Source: Alphaproteobacteria bacterium (GTDB taxonomy: Bacteria > Pseudomonadota > Alphaproteobacteria > UBA2966). From it: a DNA stretch of 64,000 bases. Below, piece by piece: positions 25,549 to 35,642 of the stretch. Under the pieces are notes generated by a model that saw nothing but the letters and a program-made list of their open reading frames with translations, did not search any database and was not told the origin of the DNA. The stretch is from NCBI GenBank assembly GCA_018650465.1, contig JABIFY010000103.1:13362-77361 (forward strand), given 5' to 3'. Within the stretch, counting starts at the first letter, position 1, and each line of letters starts with the position of its first letter. The position numbers were made by a program, and so were the translations under genes.

Positions 25549-25727
25549 AAATTTCCCCTCACGCGTCGCGCTGATTGAATATTGAAGTTGGATTTATTGT
25601 AATAACAGGGTATCCGCTTTGACAACCGCAAGTGTGCAATTTGTGAATTTGGCTTTGTTCGAGGCCTTCCGTGGTCTGGCCCTGATCAGCACTTAAAGTC
25701 ATTTCTGTGCAGGCTTCGAATACTGCC

Positions 25728-25837
25728 TAAATCATTGAATGCATAGCCAAATCCAGTAGGTATGCATTATTTGCAATGCTGCGGTGCAATATAACCATCC
25801 CTTAAATCATTGATATTGTTAGGGTGCAGTGCAATAT
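25728..25837. promoter_or_regulatory. Cluster of candidate regulator sites upstream of the DUF1127 gene
   Basis: TAAATCATTGATA (25803-25815) matches the IHF consensus YAANNNNTTGATW, with a one-mismatch copy at 25728-25740. TGCRGTGCAATAT occurs twice (25780, 25825). Inverted repeat AATGCATA...TATGCATT (25738-25768). Confidence 0.5.
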
Positions 25838-25914
25838 TCTGCCCAACGAACATCACAACACGATTAACAGGCTCTGGAAGTAACAGGGTCGGGTTATGAC
25901 CCAGGAGAGTAAAA

Positions 25915-26232
25915 ATGAACACGCAACTTTTTCAAATCGCAGACGACGGCAAGCTCTATTATGAGCTCGGTGACGTCACCAAAATGGCTCAGCGCGAGCG
26001 CGCCTTGGCCTTTGCTGAGCTGTTGAAGTTAATCGGCAACAAAATTTCTGGTCTGAGCCAAAAATATGTCGCATGGAACAGCCGTCGCGAGGCAACTGCC
26101 CAGCTGATGAGCCTTGATGACCGTATGCTGGCCGACATCGGCATTGGCCGCGGTGATATCCAGTCTTCAATGGCTGGCCGTATGGTTCAAGATGTTGCCA
26201 ACAGCAACGACCAGGACCGCGACGCAGCCTGA
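25915..26232 (+). CDS. DUF1127 domain-containing protein
   Basis: RREATAQLMSLDDRMLADIGIGRGDI matches the L-x-D-x-x-L-x-DIG DUF1127 motif. AGGAG ribosome-binding site. Confidence 0.88.
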   Translation: MNTQLFQIADDGKLYYELGDVTKMAQRERALAFAELLKLIGNKISGLSQKYVAWNSRREATAQLMSLDDRMLADIGIGRGDIQSSMAGRMVQDVANSNDQDRDAA

Positions 26233-26243
26233 ATTACGATACT

Positions 26244-26399
26244 CAAACATCAGTGATCTTTGGTCACTGGTGTTTGCTGGTGGGTTTCCGGAAGGGTTTT
26301 GCCCTTTTGATCTTTCGTCCTCCCCGATAAAAAGATCCCTGAGCAGGTTTATCCGTCAGGTGTGAAACCGCCAGCACACTTTCTCTCTCAGAGAAAAGT
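26244..26399 (+). ncRNA. Candidate structured RNA / sRNA 3' of the DUF1127 gene
   Basis: 15-bp hairpin, then a closing stem enclosing three arms (central loop contains CCTCCCC), then a further hairpin. G-U pairs favour the + strand. Confidence 0.45.
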
Positions 26400-26456
26400 C
26401 AGGGCATCCTGGTTCTTTTGCTGGTTTCGAGAGCTTTTTCACGAAGTGAAATGGCT

Positions 26457-27431
26457 CTATCCGGCCAGAACCAGGATCGTCCATTCTTTCAGACATATCC
26501 GCTTTTCCAGACGAATGCCCTGGGCGGCATAGGCAGCCAGAACATAGCTTTCCTGGCGATCCAGTAGACCGGCCAGGACAACGCGCCCACCGGGCGCCAG
26601 GGATTTGCGGATATCCGGGGCCAGGCGTTTCAAGGGCCTGGCAAGGATATTGGCAAGGATCAGGTCATAGGGACCGCTGCCACGCAGCAGGGGGTGATCA
26701 AAGCCATCTCCGGCAACAAACTTTGTCAGGTCGGCCACGCGGTTCAGTTTGGCATAGTTATTGGCAAAATCTGCGGCAACCGGATCGATATCAATGCCCA
26801 CCACCGGCACCCGCCAGCGCTTGGCCGCGGCAAAAGACAAAATGCCTGAGCCTGCCCCCAGATCTGCAATTTTTTTAAAATTATGCCGCCGGGCCAGATC
26901 ATCCAGGGCCATCAGGCAGCCTTGTGTACTTTGATGATTGCCCGTGCCAAAGGCGCGTCCGGCGTCGATAATAATATCTATGGCCTGATGGCGCGGTACC
27001 ACTGGCTCATGCTGGCCATGTACATGGAAACGTCCAGCCCTCACTGGCGGATGACTGATCAAGGCGGCCTGCACCCAGTCAATACTCTCGACGGGTTCCA
27101 CAGTGATTTCAGGCAGATCAAATTCAAAGGCTGATGCCACCGGTGACAAGACGTCATTCAGGGCCGGGATACTCGGCTCGTCTGCACACAGGGCTTCAAT
27201 GCGCCACAAACGATCCGGTTTTTCTTCCGCATTGGGGTCCAGAGGCACGGTGGAGTAGGCTTCAATACCCGTGATCCAGTCGTCGGCTTCGTGACCGGGG
27301 GCACCCAGGGCTGGTCCCAGGATTTCTTCACAGGCATTCAAGGCGCGGGCTTGAACGGTCAGGCTGACGCGCCACAAACCCAGATCGTCGTCGCTGTCCT
27401 TGCTGAAATTCAGCAGCGATGTGTTACTCAT
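26457..27431 (-). CDS. prmA: Ribosomal protein L11 methyltransferase PrmA
   Basis: DW, AFGTGNHQST, DLGAGSGIL, DIDP, ANILA motifs. Confidence 0.9.
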   Translation of the reverse strand: MSNTSLLNFSKDSDDDLGLWRVSLTVQARALNACEEILGPALGAPGHEADDWITGIEAYSTVPLDPNAEEKPDRLWRIEALCADEPSIPALNDVLSPVASAFEFDLPEITVEPVESIDWVQAALISHPPVRAGRFHVHGQHEPVVPRHQAIDIIIDAGRAFGTGNHQSTQGCLMALDDLARRHNFKKIADLGAGSGILSFAAAKRWRVPVVGIDIDPVAADFANNYAKLNRVADLTKFVAGDGFDHPLLRGSGPYDLILANILARPLKRLAPDIRKSLAPGGRVVLAGLLDRQESYVLAAYAAQGIRLEKRICLKEWTILVLAG

Positions 27432-29728
27432 GCAGACTCCACAAACTGATCAATTACTTTTTTGGTACCGGCCTTGTCGAAGGAGATTTCCAGGCGATTG
27501 CCGGAAACGCTCAGGATAAGACCATAACCAAATTTCTGGTGAAAGACCCGCCCGCCCGGAGCAAAAGTTGACTCCGCACTATCTGTTTCCACGTGTTGCG
27601 CCTTGCCATCAATGACCATGCCATCATTATTTACACCGCGCCGGAACCGGCCTTTGCGCGCACCAAAGTCACCCGGAATATTGAAAGGGATAGCGGTGTC
27701 TTTGACTTCACTTTCATAGGCGTTTTCGCCACTGCCATAGACCCCCGCATCGGACAATACATCTATATGGTCTGGCGGCAGTTCATCAACAAAGCGGCTG
27801 GGCAGGTTTGCATTCCACTGGTTGAAGACCCGGCGATTGGCGGCGAAGGTTATGGTTGCCAGTTTGCGGGCGCGGGTTATGCCCACATGGGCAAGCCTGC
27901 GCTCTTCTTCCAGGGCCGTGGTGCCACCTTCATCCAGGGCACGTTGGTGGGGAAACAATCCTTCTTCCCAGCCAGGCAGGAACACAGCATCGAATTCCAG
28001 ACCTTTGGCCCCGTGCAGGGTCATCAGGGAAACCATTTCATCTGCCGAAGAATTTTCATTGTCCATCACAAGACTGACATGTTCCAGGTATTCGTCCAGA
28101 TTCTCAAATTCTTCCAGGGCGTGGATCAGTTCCTTCAGGTTCTCCAGACGGGTTGGCGCCTTGGGGTCTTTGTCGGCTTGCCACATGTCGGTATAGCCGC
28201 TTTCCTCCAGAATGGTTTCTACCAGATCGGGATGGGGCAGGTCAGCGCGGGTTTTGCGCCAGCGATCAAAGTTCTCCATCAGGGTCGCCAGACTGCGACG
28301 GGCCTGGGGGCGCAATTCATCTGTGGTGACGATTTCGGAAGCGGCCTGGGTTAGTGACATGCCGGCGTGGCGGGCATATTGCTGCACGGTTTGAAAAGCT
28401 TTGGTGCCCAGACTGCGCTTGGGCACGTTGAAAATACGTTCAAAAGCCAGATCATCGTCGGGCTGCACCAGAACCCTCAGGTAGGCATTGGCGTCGCGGA
28501 TTTCCTTGTTCTCGTAGAAGCGCTGGCCCCCGACGACCCGATAGGGCATGCCCAGCGACAAAAAACGCTCTTCAAATTCGCGGGTCTGGAAACTGGCGCG
28601 CACCAGAATGGCGATCTCATCCAGCGAGACCTTGCGGCTTTGCAGCAGCTCAATTTCTTCGGCCACGACGCGGGCTTCTTCGGCCCCGTCCCAGACGCCG
28701 CGCACGCGGACCTTTTCGCCCTCGTTGACTTGTGTCCACAAGGTCTTGCCCATGCGGCTTTCGTTTTTCGAAATAATGCCGGAGGCGGCGGCCAGAATAT
28801 GCGGGGTGGAGCGATAATTTTGCTCCAGGCGGATGACCTTTGCCCCTTCAAAATCCTTTTCAAAGCGCAATATATTGCCCACCTCAGCCCCGCGCCAGCC
28901 ATAGATGGACTGGTCGTCATCGCCGACGCAACAAATGTTGTGATGCTTCTGGGCCAACAGGCGCAGCCAGAGATATTGCGCCACGTTGGCGTCCTGATAC
29001 TCGTCGACCAGAATATATCGAAAGCGCTGCTGGTATTCGGCGAGGATATCACTGTGCTTGCGGAAGATAGTCAGACAATGCAGCAACAAATCGCCAAAAT
29101 CAGCGGCATTCAGCGCCACCAGGCGCTCCTGATAGGCCGCATACAATGCCTGCCCCTTGCCAAAGGCAAAATCCCCGGCGTCACTGGCTGTGACCCGGTC
29201 CGGTGTGTGGCCCTGGTCTTTCCAGCGGTCGATGATGGCGGCCAGATTACGGGCAGGGGCCTTTTTGTCATCAAGCCCCGCGGCCTCGATCACCTGTTTC
29301 ATCAGGCGGATCTGATCGTCCCGGTCCAGAATTGTGAAGTTGGGTTTCAGGCCCACCAGCTCGGCATGGCGTCGCAAAATGCGCACGCCCATGGCATGAA
29401 AAGTGCCCAGCCACAGGGATTCCACGGGTTGTTGCAGGGCGCTTTCCACCCGTTCCTTCATTTGCTTTGAGGCCTTGTTGGTAAAGGTCACGGCTAGCAC
29501 TTCATAGGGCCGCGCCCGGCCCGTGTGCAGGATGTGGGCCAGGCGCGTTGTCAGCACACGTGTCTTGCCCGTGCCCGCACCCGCCAACACCAGCACCGGC
29601 CCATCCACAGCCTCCACCGCCTCGCGCTGCACATCATTCAACCCGGCAAGATAAGGCGGCGGCCCGGCATCAGCGCCCCTCAAGGGTGTGGCAGGCTCAA
29701 AATCGGAAAGGTCAAAGGGATCGGACAT
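27428..29728 (-). CDS. uvrD: ATP-dependent DNA helicase UvrD/PcrA
   Basis: AGAGTGKT, VTFTNKA, VDEYQD, GDDDQSIYGWRGA, LEQNYRS, TLHGAKGLEF, EERRL, C-terminal Tudor-like HQKFG. Confidence 0.95.
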   Translation of the reverse strand: MSDPFDLSDFEPATPLRGADAGPPPYLAGLNDVQREAVEAVDGPVLVLAGAGTGKTRVLTTRLAHILHTGRARPYEVLAVTFTNKASKQMKERVESALQQPVESLWLGTFHAMGVRILRRHAELVGLKPNFTILDRDDQIRLMKQVIEAAGLDDKKAPARNLAAIIDRWKDQGHTPDRVTASDAGDFAFGKGQALYAAYQERLVALNAADFGDLLLHCLTIFRKHSDILAEYQQRFRYILVDEYQDANVAQYLWLRLLAQKHHNICCVGDDDQSIYGWRGAEVGNILRFEKDFEGAKVIRLEQNYRSTPHILAAASGIISKNESRMGKTLWTQVNEGEKVRVRGVWDGAEEARVVAEEIELLQSRKVSLDEIAILVRASFQTREFEERFLSLGMPYRVVGGQRFYENKEIRDANAYLRVLVQPDDDLAFERIFNVPKRSLGTKAFQTVQQYARHAGMSLTQAASEIVTTDELRPQARRSLATLMENFDRWRKTRADLPHPDLVETILEESGYTDMWQADKDPKAPTRLENLKELIHALEEFENLDEYLEHVSLVMDNENSSADEMVSLMTLHGAKGLEFDAVFLPGWEEGLFPHQRALDEGGTTALEEERRLAHVGITRARKLATITFAANRRVFNQWNANLPSRFVDELPPDHIDVLSDAGVYGSGENAYESEVKDTAIPFNIPGDFGARKGRFRRGVNNDGMVIDGKAQHVETDSAESTFAPGGRVFHQKFGYGLILSVSGNRLEISFDKAGTKKVIDQFVESA

Positions 29729-29835
29729 GTGTTGATTGGGGTATTTCTGGAATTGAGATTATTGGAGCTTGAAACCAGACGCAACGGTGCCTGTTTGACC
29801 GGAAACTACCCTATCCAATCGGCAATTCAAACTCT

Positions 29836-32800
29836 CTATTGCTTGAACAAACCCTTCAATAAGCCCTTCACAGCATCTTTTGCCTTCAAAGGCTGTTGCG
29901 GCTGTTGCTGGACAGGCTGCGCAGGCGGCTCGTTCGATGAGGGCTGTGGTTGTGTGGTGGGCTGTTGGTTGCCACCACTGGTTGGCAGCAACTGATCCAG
30001 ACCCTTGACCTTGTTACCGAGGAACTTGCGCACCAGGGTTTTGCCAACGCGGCTGGCCACATAGTTTTCCAGGTCACGGCTTTTGATATTGCGCCGGGGG
30101 TTATCCAGCGGGCCGCGCAGTTCCAGACCAATGGGCGGGGCTTTGGGGTGTTCGGTCAGGCGGAAGGTGGCGGCCATATCCAGGACCCAGCGCGGCAGGT
30201 CAATGACGGCGGTACCCGCACCGGCACCTGCTTCCAGGTCGGCCTTCAAATCATTGCTGCGAGCGACACCATTTTTGATGATGAAGTTGCCGCCGAGACT
30301 GGTGTAATTTGTCTGGCCACCGCTCATGGAGGACTGGATCAGATTTAGAAAATCGCGGGTCCGGTCCAGTTCAGTCATATTGGCACTCAGGCGTTTCAGG
30401 TCGACACCCTTGACGATACCGCTTTCCGAGGAAAATGACGTCGTGCCCGAGAGCCTGGAGACCATGTCGCGCTGGCTGTGGCCACGGGTGGCAAACTTGC
30501 CATCAATGCGCACAGTGCCGGTGGCGGCATCGATCTGGGCCGCTTCCATCAAGGCTTTTTTCAGGTTACCGCCGGTGACAGCCAGGGCCAGATCAACGGC
30601 AGGGACCTGATCATCCGCAACACGGGCCGACAGGGTTACCTCGCCATCGAATAATTTGCCGCGCAAAGGATCGATGCGCAGGACACCGTCTTTCAAAATG
30701 GCGGTCACACTGGGCTGCACAAACTGATAAGTGCCATAAATAATGCCAGGGGCCGTCAGGCTGATATTCATGTCGGCACTGCGCAAGGCACTGAGGTCAA
30801 TGGGGTCGGATGACCAGCGTTCAACGCCTTTGCCTGAAGAATTGCTGGCGGCACCCGAACCAGCGCCCCCGCCGTTCGAGCTTCGCGGCAAGAAAAGATC
30901 AACAAAGATTTCACTGGTCTGCAATTCGGCCGCAATGGACGGACGCTGTCCCGCAAAGGATGCGGCTGCCGTGCCCTTCAACGCGAGGGGGCCAAAATTA
31001 CCCTTCAAATTTTTAATGCCGATGGTTTGAGCATCACCGGAAAGGTCGGCCTGCAAGGTGAGGGCGCCAAAGTTTCGCCCCGCCGGGGTGTAATCAACGC
31101 CCAGGCCCCGCAAAAACCCGGTTGCACTGGGGTGCCCTGCGGACAGGGCGAGGGTAAAGCCGGGTCCGGCCAGCGGCTTCAGTTTGCCGGCCGCCGTAAT
31201 TCGGGATTTCCCTAAACCAACCTTCAGGTCCACGTTAACCACACTCAGATCACCAGCGATCTTGCCGGTCAGGCCAAGCGGGCCGTCTTCGCCGCCGGGG
31301 GCCAGGTGAAATGATGGATCAAATGTTTGCCACAAGGTGACGTAGCTTTTGTTACTGGCCTTGATACCAAGATCAAGGCGGGGGCCGGCACCATCCATGG
31401 CCACATTGCCCTTTAGCGCCGTTGAGGTGCGCGCTGCCAAAATTGTCAGGTCAACCGCAATGGCCTCGCCACTGCCTTTGATGTGACCTGCCGCATGAAA
31501 TTTGCCAAGTTTTGAGGCCGGAACTGGCAGCGTAATACCAACCAGGCGCGTCAGGCCCTGAACATTGTCTGCCTGTAGGTCAAGCCTGCCATCGACAACC
31601 GGTTTGCTATCCAGGCCGCTGGCCTTGCCCTGAAAGGCGAATTTGGCGCCGCCCAGATCGTCAGTGCGAATATTGCGCACGGTAAGTTCGCCGGCCATCA
31701 GCCCCACATCAATCAAGGCACCTTTGATGGAAACGCCATTGGCGGTGAACTTCTTGACGGCCAATTTCAAATTCGCATCAAAGCTGTTCAGCATTTCAGC
31801 CGCATCAGGCGGTAATCTGCCAAACTGCGGTGCCATCAAGGCACCGGTTGCTGCCTTGGGCTTTTCCGCTGTTGCCTGCTTTTTTTGGTAAACATCCAGG
31901 TTCAGCTGGTCGACTTCAAAATCCACACTGAAGGCAGGGCGCTTGCGAAAGGCATAGGCCGCACCGCCGGTCAGGTTTGTGGAATCCAGACGCAGATCGA
32001 TGCCATAGACTTCAGCCAGTTTTGGTGTGGCCCGCACCGTGGCTGACAAGGAAGAAGAGCGCAGGCGATCCGACGGCACACTGGAGATATCGGCACCAAC
32101 CCAGTCGAGAAAGCCACGTAGATTATCAGCTGAGGCCCGCACAGCCCCTTCAAATTGCGGCAGATTGTTTTTGGCCTGAATATTACCAACCAGATCAACA
32201 TTTGCCCCGCCCGGCAAATGGGCGGCGATCTTTTCAATATTCACGATGCTCTTGGAAATGGATGCGACGGCTTCGACCTGGCGAATGGCGCTGCCTTTCC
32301 AGGTAATACCACTGACGGTCAGGGCTGCGGTGCCTGAAACGTCAGACGGAATGGCAAAGGCGGCGGCATCTTTTGTTGTCGCCGTCGCTGCAGTATTGGC
32401 TGAAGATGGTTTTTCCGGTGCAGATTGCAGCCAGGTATCCATGTTCACCCGGTTGACGTCCAGGGCCAGATCAATGTTCAGGGCATTAGCAAAATCAACC
32501 GAGATCGCACCCGCCGCCGTTGTTTCGCCAATTTTGGTGACGATATTGTTGAAAGCGGCAGATTTGGCGCTGGCCTCCAGATCGCCGTTGAGGGACAGCT
32601 TTTGCTTGAGCGCTGGCAATTCCGGTATTTCAGAGCCGATAACCGGCTTCAGGGCCTGGATCAGGGTCAGGGCATCAGGGGCGGCGACTGCCAGCTTGCC
32701 CTTCAGGGTACCATCCGCACTGGCCTGGCTCAGGCTGCCTTTGAAGGACAGGGTGCCGGCCCCATTGGCCAGACCCAGGGCCAGATTGAGCGGTAGGGGC

Positions 32801-33432
32801 CCACCGGTATTCAGGGCACCTGTTGTGAGATCAAATGTTGTTGTCAGTTTGCGGGCCGTCAGGCGACCGGTTGCCTTGAAGGGGCCTTGCAAGGATCCAG
32901 CAGACAGTTTGGCGCTTAAACCTTCGACGGTTTGATTTGTCCCGGATTTGGCATCGATATAGCTGAGTTTGGCATCTTCGATGACCAGGCTATCGAGGCT
33001 GAGGTCAGTACTGCCTTCGCTGTCGCTGCTACTGCTGCTGCCGCCGGTACTAAAATCGTAATTAGCCTTGCCGTCGGCACTGACTTCAATGGAAATTACC
33101 GGCTTCGAGACCCGGACGCGCTTGATCTGGATTTCACCGCTTAACAAGGGGATCAGGGCAACGTCGACTTCCAGCTTGCCGATTGTGACCATCTCGGGTG
33201 CCGATGCACCCTTCATGTTGGCCAGGCGTAATCGACTGACTTGCAAGGCTGGTGTGGGCAGGATCGTAAAGCCGATGTCACCGTCAATGGCCAACCGCCG
33301 ACCTGTGGCTTCCTGCGCCCTGGCTGTGATTTCAGATTTGTAGTCGTTCCAGTTAATAAAGCCAGGGACCACCAGGGCCGCCCCAAGTGCCAGGATAACC
33401 AGACCAACGACGATAAATAACGCCTTTTTCAC
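29836..33432 (-). CDS. AsmA family protein (1198 aa)
   Basis: N-terminal TM anchor plus 'WNDYK...ATGR.L.IDG' AsmA N-terminus, repeated beta-rich segments, AsmA-like C-terminus (GGQT.Y..L.G.F.I.NG). Confidence 0.87.
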   Translation of the reverse strand: MKKALFIVVGLVILALGAALVVPGFINWNDYKSEITARAQEATGRRLAIDGDIGFTILPTPALQVSRLRLANMKGASAPEMVTIGKLEVDVALIPLLSGEIQIKRVRVSKPVISIEVSADGKANYDFSTGGSSSSSDSEGSTDLSLDSLVIEDAKLSYIDAKSGTNQTVEGLSAKLSAGSLQGPFKATGRLTARKLTTTFDLTTGALNTGGPLPLNLALGLANGAGTLSFKGSLSQASADGTLKGKLAVAAPDALTLIQALKPVIGSEIPELPALKQKLSLNGDLEASAKSAAFNNIVTKIGETTAAGAISVDFANALNIDLALDVNRVNMDTWLQSAPEKPSSANTAATATTKDAAAFAIPSDVSGTAALTVSGITWKGSAIRQVEAVASISKSIVNIEKIAAHLPGGANVDLVGNIQAKNNLPQFEGAVRASADNLRGFLDWVGADISSVPSDRLRSSSLSATVRATPKLAEVYGIDLRLDSTNLTGGAAYAFRKRPAFSVDFEVDQLNLDVYQKKQATAEKPKAATGALMAPQFGRLPPDAAEMLNSFDANLKLAVKKFTANGVSIKGALIDVGLMAGELTVRNIRTDDLGGAKFAFQGKASGLDSKPVVDGRLDLQADNVQGLTRLVGITLPVPASKLGKFHAAGHIKGSGEAIAVDLTILAARTSTALKGNVAMDGAGPRLDLGIKASNKSYVTLWQTFDPSFHLAPGGEDGPLGLTGKIAGDLSVVNVDLKVGLGKSRITAAGKLKPLAGPGFTLALSAGHPSATGFLRGLGVDYTPAGRNFGALTLQADLSGDAQTIGIKNLKGNFGPLALKGTAAASFAGQRPSIAAELQTSEIFVDLFLPRSSNGGGAGSGAASNSSGKGVERWSSDPIDLSALRSADMNISLTAPGIIYGTYQFVQPSVTAILKDGVLRIDPLRGKLFDGEVTLSARVADDQVPAVDLALAVTGGNLKKALMEAAQIDAATGTVRIDGKFATRGHSQRDMVSRLSGTTSFSSESGIVKGVDLKRLSANMTELDRTRDFLNLIQSSMSGGQTNYTSLGGNFIIKNGVARSNDLKADLEAGAGAGTAVIDLPRWVLDMAATFRLTEHPKAPPIGLELRGPLDNPRRNIKSRDLENYVASRVGKTLVRKFLGNKVKGLDQLLPTSGGNQQPTTQPQPSSNEPPAQPVQQQPQQPLKAKDAVKGLLKGLFKQ

Positions 33433-33542
33433 AGCAGCCTCTTTAAGTATTCTAATCAGGTGTGCAGCATAGCCTGAATCAGGCCGCTATAAAAACGCCC
33501 GATGGTAATTCATCTGGCGAACAGGATAAGTTGATCAATGCC

Positions 33543-33740
33543 ATGACCGAAATCACCAACCTGAACAAATTCCGCAAAGGCAAAAAGCGCGCCGACAAAC
33601 AACGCCAAGCCGCAGAAAACCGCGTCTCACATGGCCGCACGAAAGTTGAAAAAGCACTGGATCAGACAGAAAAACAGGGTGAGGCCAGCAAGCTGGATGG
33701 CCACAAACTGGATCAACCAGGTCCTAATTCATCGAAATGA
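33543..33740 (+). CDS. DUF4169 family small protein
   Basis: MTEITNLNKFRK...AAENRVSHGRTK...LDGHK. Start moved to ATG 33543; the 3' end overlaps the convergent gene by 17 nt. Confidence 0.85.
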   Translation: MTEITNLNKFRKGKKRADKQRQAAENRVSHGRTKVEKALDQTEKQGEASKLDGHKLDQPGPNSSK

Positions 33741-35133
33741 TTTTGCCGGGGTTCATGATGTTGTCGGGGTCCAGGGTCTTTTTGATGGCGCGCATGACGG
33801 CGATGCCTTCGCCGTGTTCGCGTTCCATATAGGCAATTTTTCCGAGACCCACGCCGTGTTCACCGGTGCAGGTGCCGTCCATGGCCAGGGCACGGTCGAT
33901 CAGGCGACCGTTTAGTTTTTGGGCTTCGGCCATTTCTTCCGGCTTGTCGGGGTCAATGATGAAGCACAGGTGGAAATTTCCGTCACCCACATGACCGACC
34001 AAAGGCGCTGGCATCGAGGCGGTTTCAAGATCTTTTTTGGTCTCGTGGATGCACTCAGCGAGACGGGAGATCGGCACGCAAACATCTGTGGCCCACAGTA
34101 CACAGCCCGGTCGCAAGGCCCCGCAGGAATGGGCGGCATCATGACGGGCCTGCCACAGTTTGCTGCGGTCTTCTGTGCTGGTGGCAAACTGGAAGTCGCC
34201 GCCGCCATTTTCCGAGGCCATGTCCTGGACCATCTCGGCCTGTTCCTTGACGGCATGGTCCGAGCCATGGAATTCGAGGAAGAGGGTTGATTTGACGGGG
34301 TAATCAAGACCGGAATATTTGTTGATGGCATCCATCTGCACATCATCCAGCAATTCGATGCGGGCCATGGGAATACCGATCTGGATGGTTTGAATAACAG
34401 TATCGACAGCCCCTTCCAGAGTATCAAAGGTGCAAACTGCTGCCGATATGGCTTCCGGAATACCATACAGGCGCAAGGTCACTTCGGTAATAATACCCAA
34501 GGTACCTTCCGAGCCAACCATCAAGCGGGTCAGGTCATAACCGGCGGAAGATTTGCGTGCACGCCTGGCCGTGCGCACGATACGACCATCCGCCATCACC
34601 ACGGTCAGGGACAATACATTTTCCCGCATGGTGCCATAACGCACGGCATTGGTGCCCGACGCCCGGGTGGCCGTCATGCCGCCCAACGATGCATCAGCAC
34701 CTGGGTCGACAGGGAAAAACAGGCCCATGTCCCGCAGGTGTTCGTTCAGTTGTTTGCGGGTCACACCGGGTTGCAGGGTGACGTCCATATCTTCCTGGCC
34801 TACCCGCAAGATTTCATTCATGTTGCTGACGTCAACGCAAATCCCGCCGTGCACGGCTGCGATGTGACCTTCCAGCGACGTGCCGGTGCCAAAGGCGATG
34901 ATCGGTGTTTTATTGCGGGCACAAATGCGCACGATGGCCGCGACTTCTTCTGTACTTTCAGCGAAGGCAACAGCGTCCGGGGCTTGCATTGGGTGATGCG
35001 ACAAATCCTTGCCGTGATGTTCGCGTACGGCCATAGCCGTCGACAAGCGATCGCCGATCAAGCCCTGGATTTCTTCGATGGTGGCAGCAACGCCAGAGGA
35101 TACGCTTTGCACAGACATTATATGTTCAGCCAT
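33724..35133 (-). CDS. FAD-linked oxidase, D-lactate dehydrogenase/GlcD family
   Basis: GTGTSLEG, FPVDPG, SGTNAVRYG, GSEGTLG, GHVGDGNFH, TGEHGVG, LDPDNIMNPGK. Start approximate. Confidence 0.9.
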   Translation of the reverse strand: MAEHIMSVQSVSSGVAATIEEIQGLIGDRLSTAMAVREHHGKDLSHHPMQAPDAVAFAESTEEVAAIVRICARNKTPIIAFGTGTSLEGHIAAVHGGICVDVSNMNEILRVGQEDMDVTLQPGVTRKQLNEHLRDMGLFFPVDPGADASLGGMTATRASGTNAVRYGTMRENVLSLTVVMADGRIVRTARRARKSSAGYDLTRLMVGSEGTLGIITEVTLRLYGIPEAISAAVCTFDTLEGAVDTVIQTIQIGIPMARIELLDDVQMDAINKYSGLDYPVKSTLFLEFHGSDHAVKEQAEMVQDMASENGGGDFQFATSTEDRSKLWQARHDAAHSCGALRPGCVLWATDVCVPISRLAECIHETKKDLETASMPAPLVGHVGDGNFHLCFIIDPDKPEEMAEAQKLNGRLIDRALAMDGTCTGEHGVGLGKIAYMEREHGEGIAVMRAIKKTLDPDNIMNPGKIISMN

Positions 35134-35296
35134 TTTGTGTGGAATTCCAGACAGGAAGGTAGACCTCAGGGGGCGGGTCGGCAAGTGCAATCGGCTTTTG
35201 CGCGGTCCGGGCGATGTGCGTTTGAGGCTCGAAACCTCAGGCTAAAAGTGATATTGAAATTGCCAGCAAGTTCCTGAATTCAGAAAGGCCTTCGAT

Positions 35297-35605
35297 ATGA
35301 TCTGTGAAATCGTCCGCTTTGCGGTCAAACCCGGTACAACCCGCGAAGATGTCCTGGCGGATGCCCGAACTGTGGCCGAACGCTGGCAGGGCGAGACGGA
35401 ACTCGTGCGAAAGCACTTTCTGTTTGATGGCGATCAAGACGTCCGCGGCGTTTATTTCTGGCACAGCCGGGAAGCAGCGGATGCGGCGCACAACGACGTG
35501 TGGCGGCAACGGTGTAAGGATGTACACGGCAGCACCCCCATCATCGAATATTTCGATACGGTCATGATTGTCGACAACACAGATGGCAGTGTAACCGAGT
35601 ACTGA
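35297..35605 (+). CDS. Small dimeric alpha/beta-barrel protein (YdhR/monooxygenase-like)
   Basis: LVRKHF...GVYFW.SREAA pattern; 102 aa. Confidence 0.65.
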   Translation: MICEIVRFAVKPGTTREDVLADARTVAERWQGETELVRKHFLFDGDQDVRGVYFWHSREAADAAHNDVWRQRCKDVHGSTPIIEYFDTVMIVDNTDGSVTEY

Positions 35606-35642
35606 AGCGGCGCTTGCAGATATCGACCTGCCGTCCCTGAGA

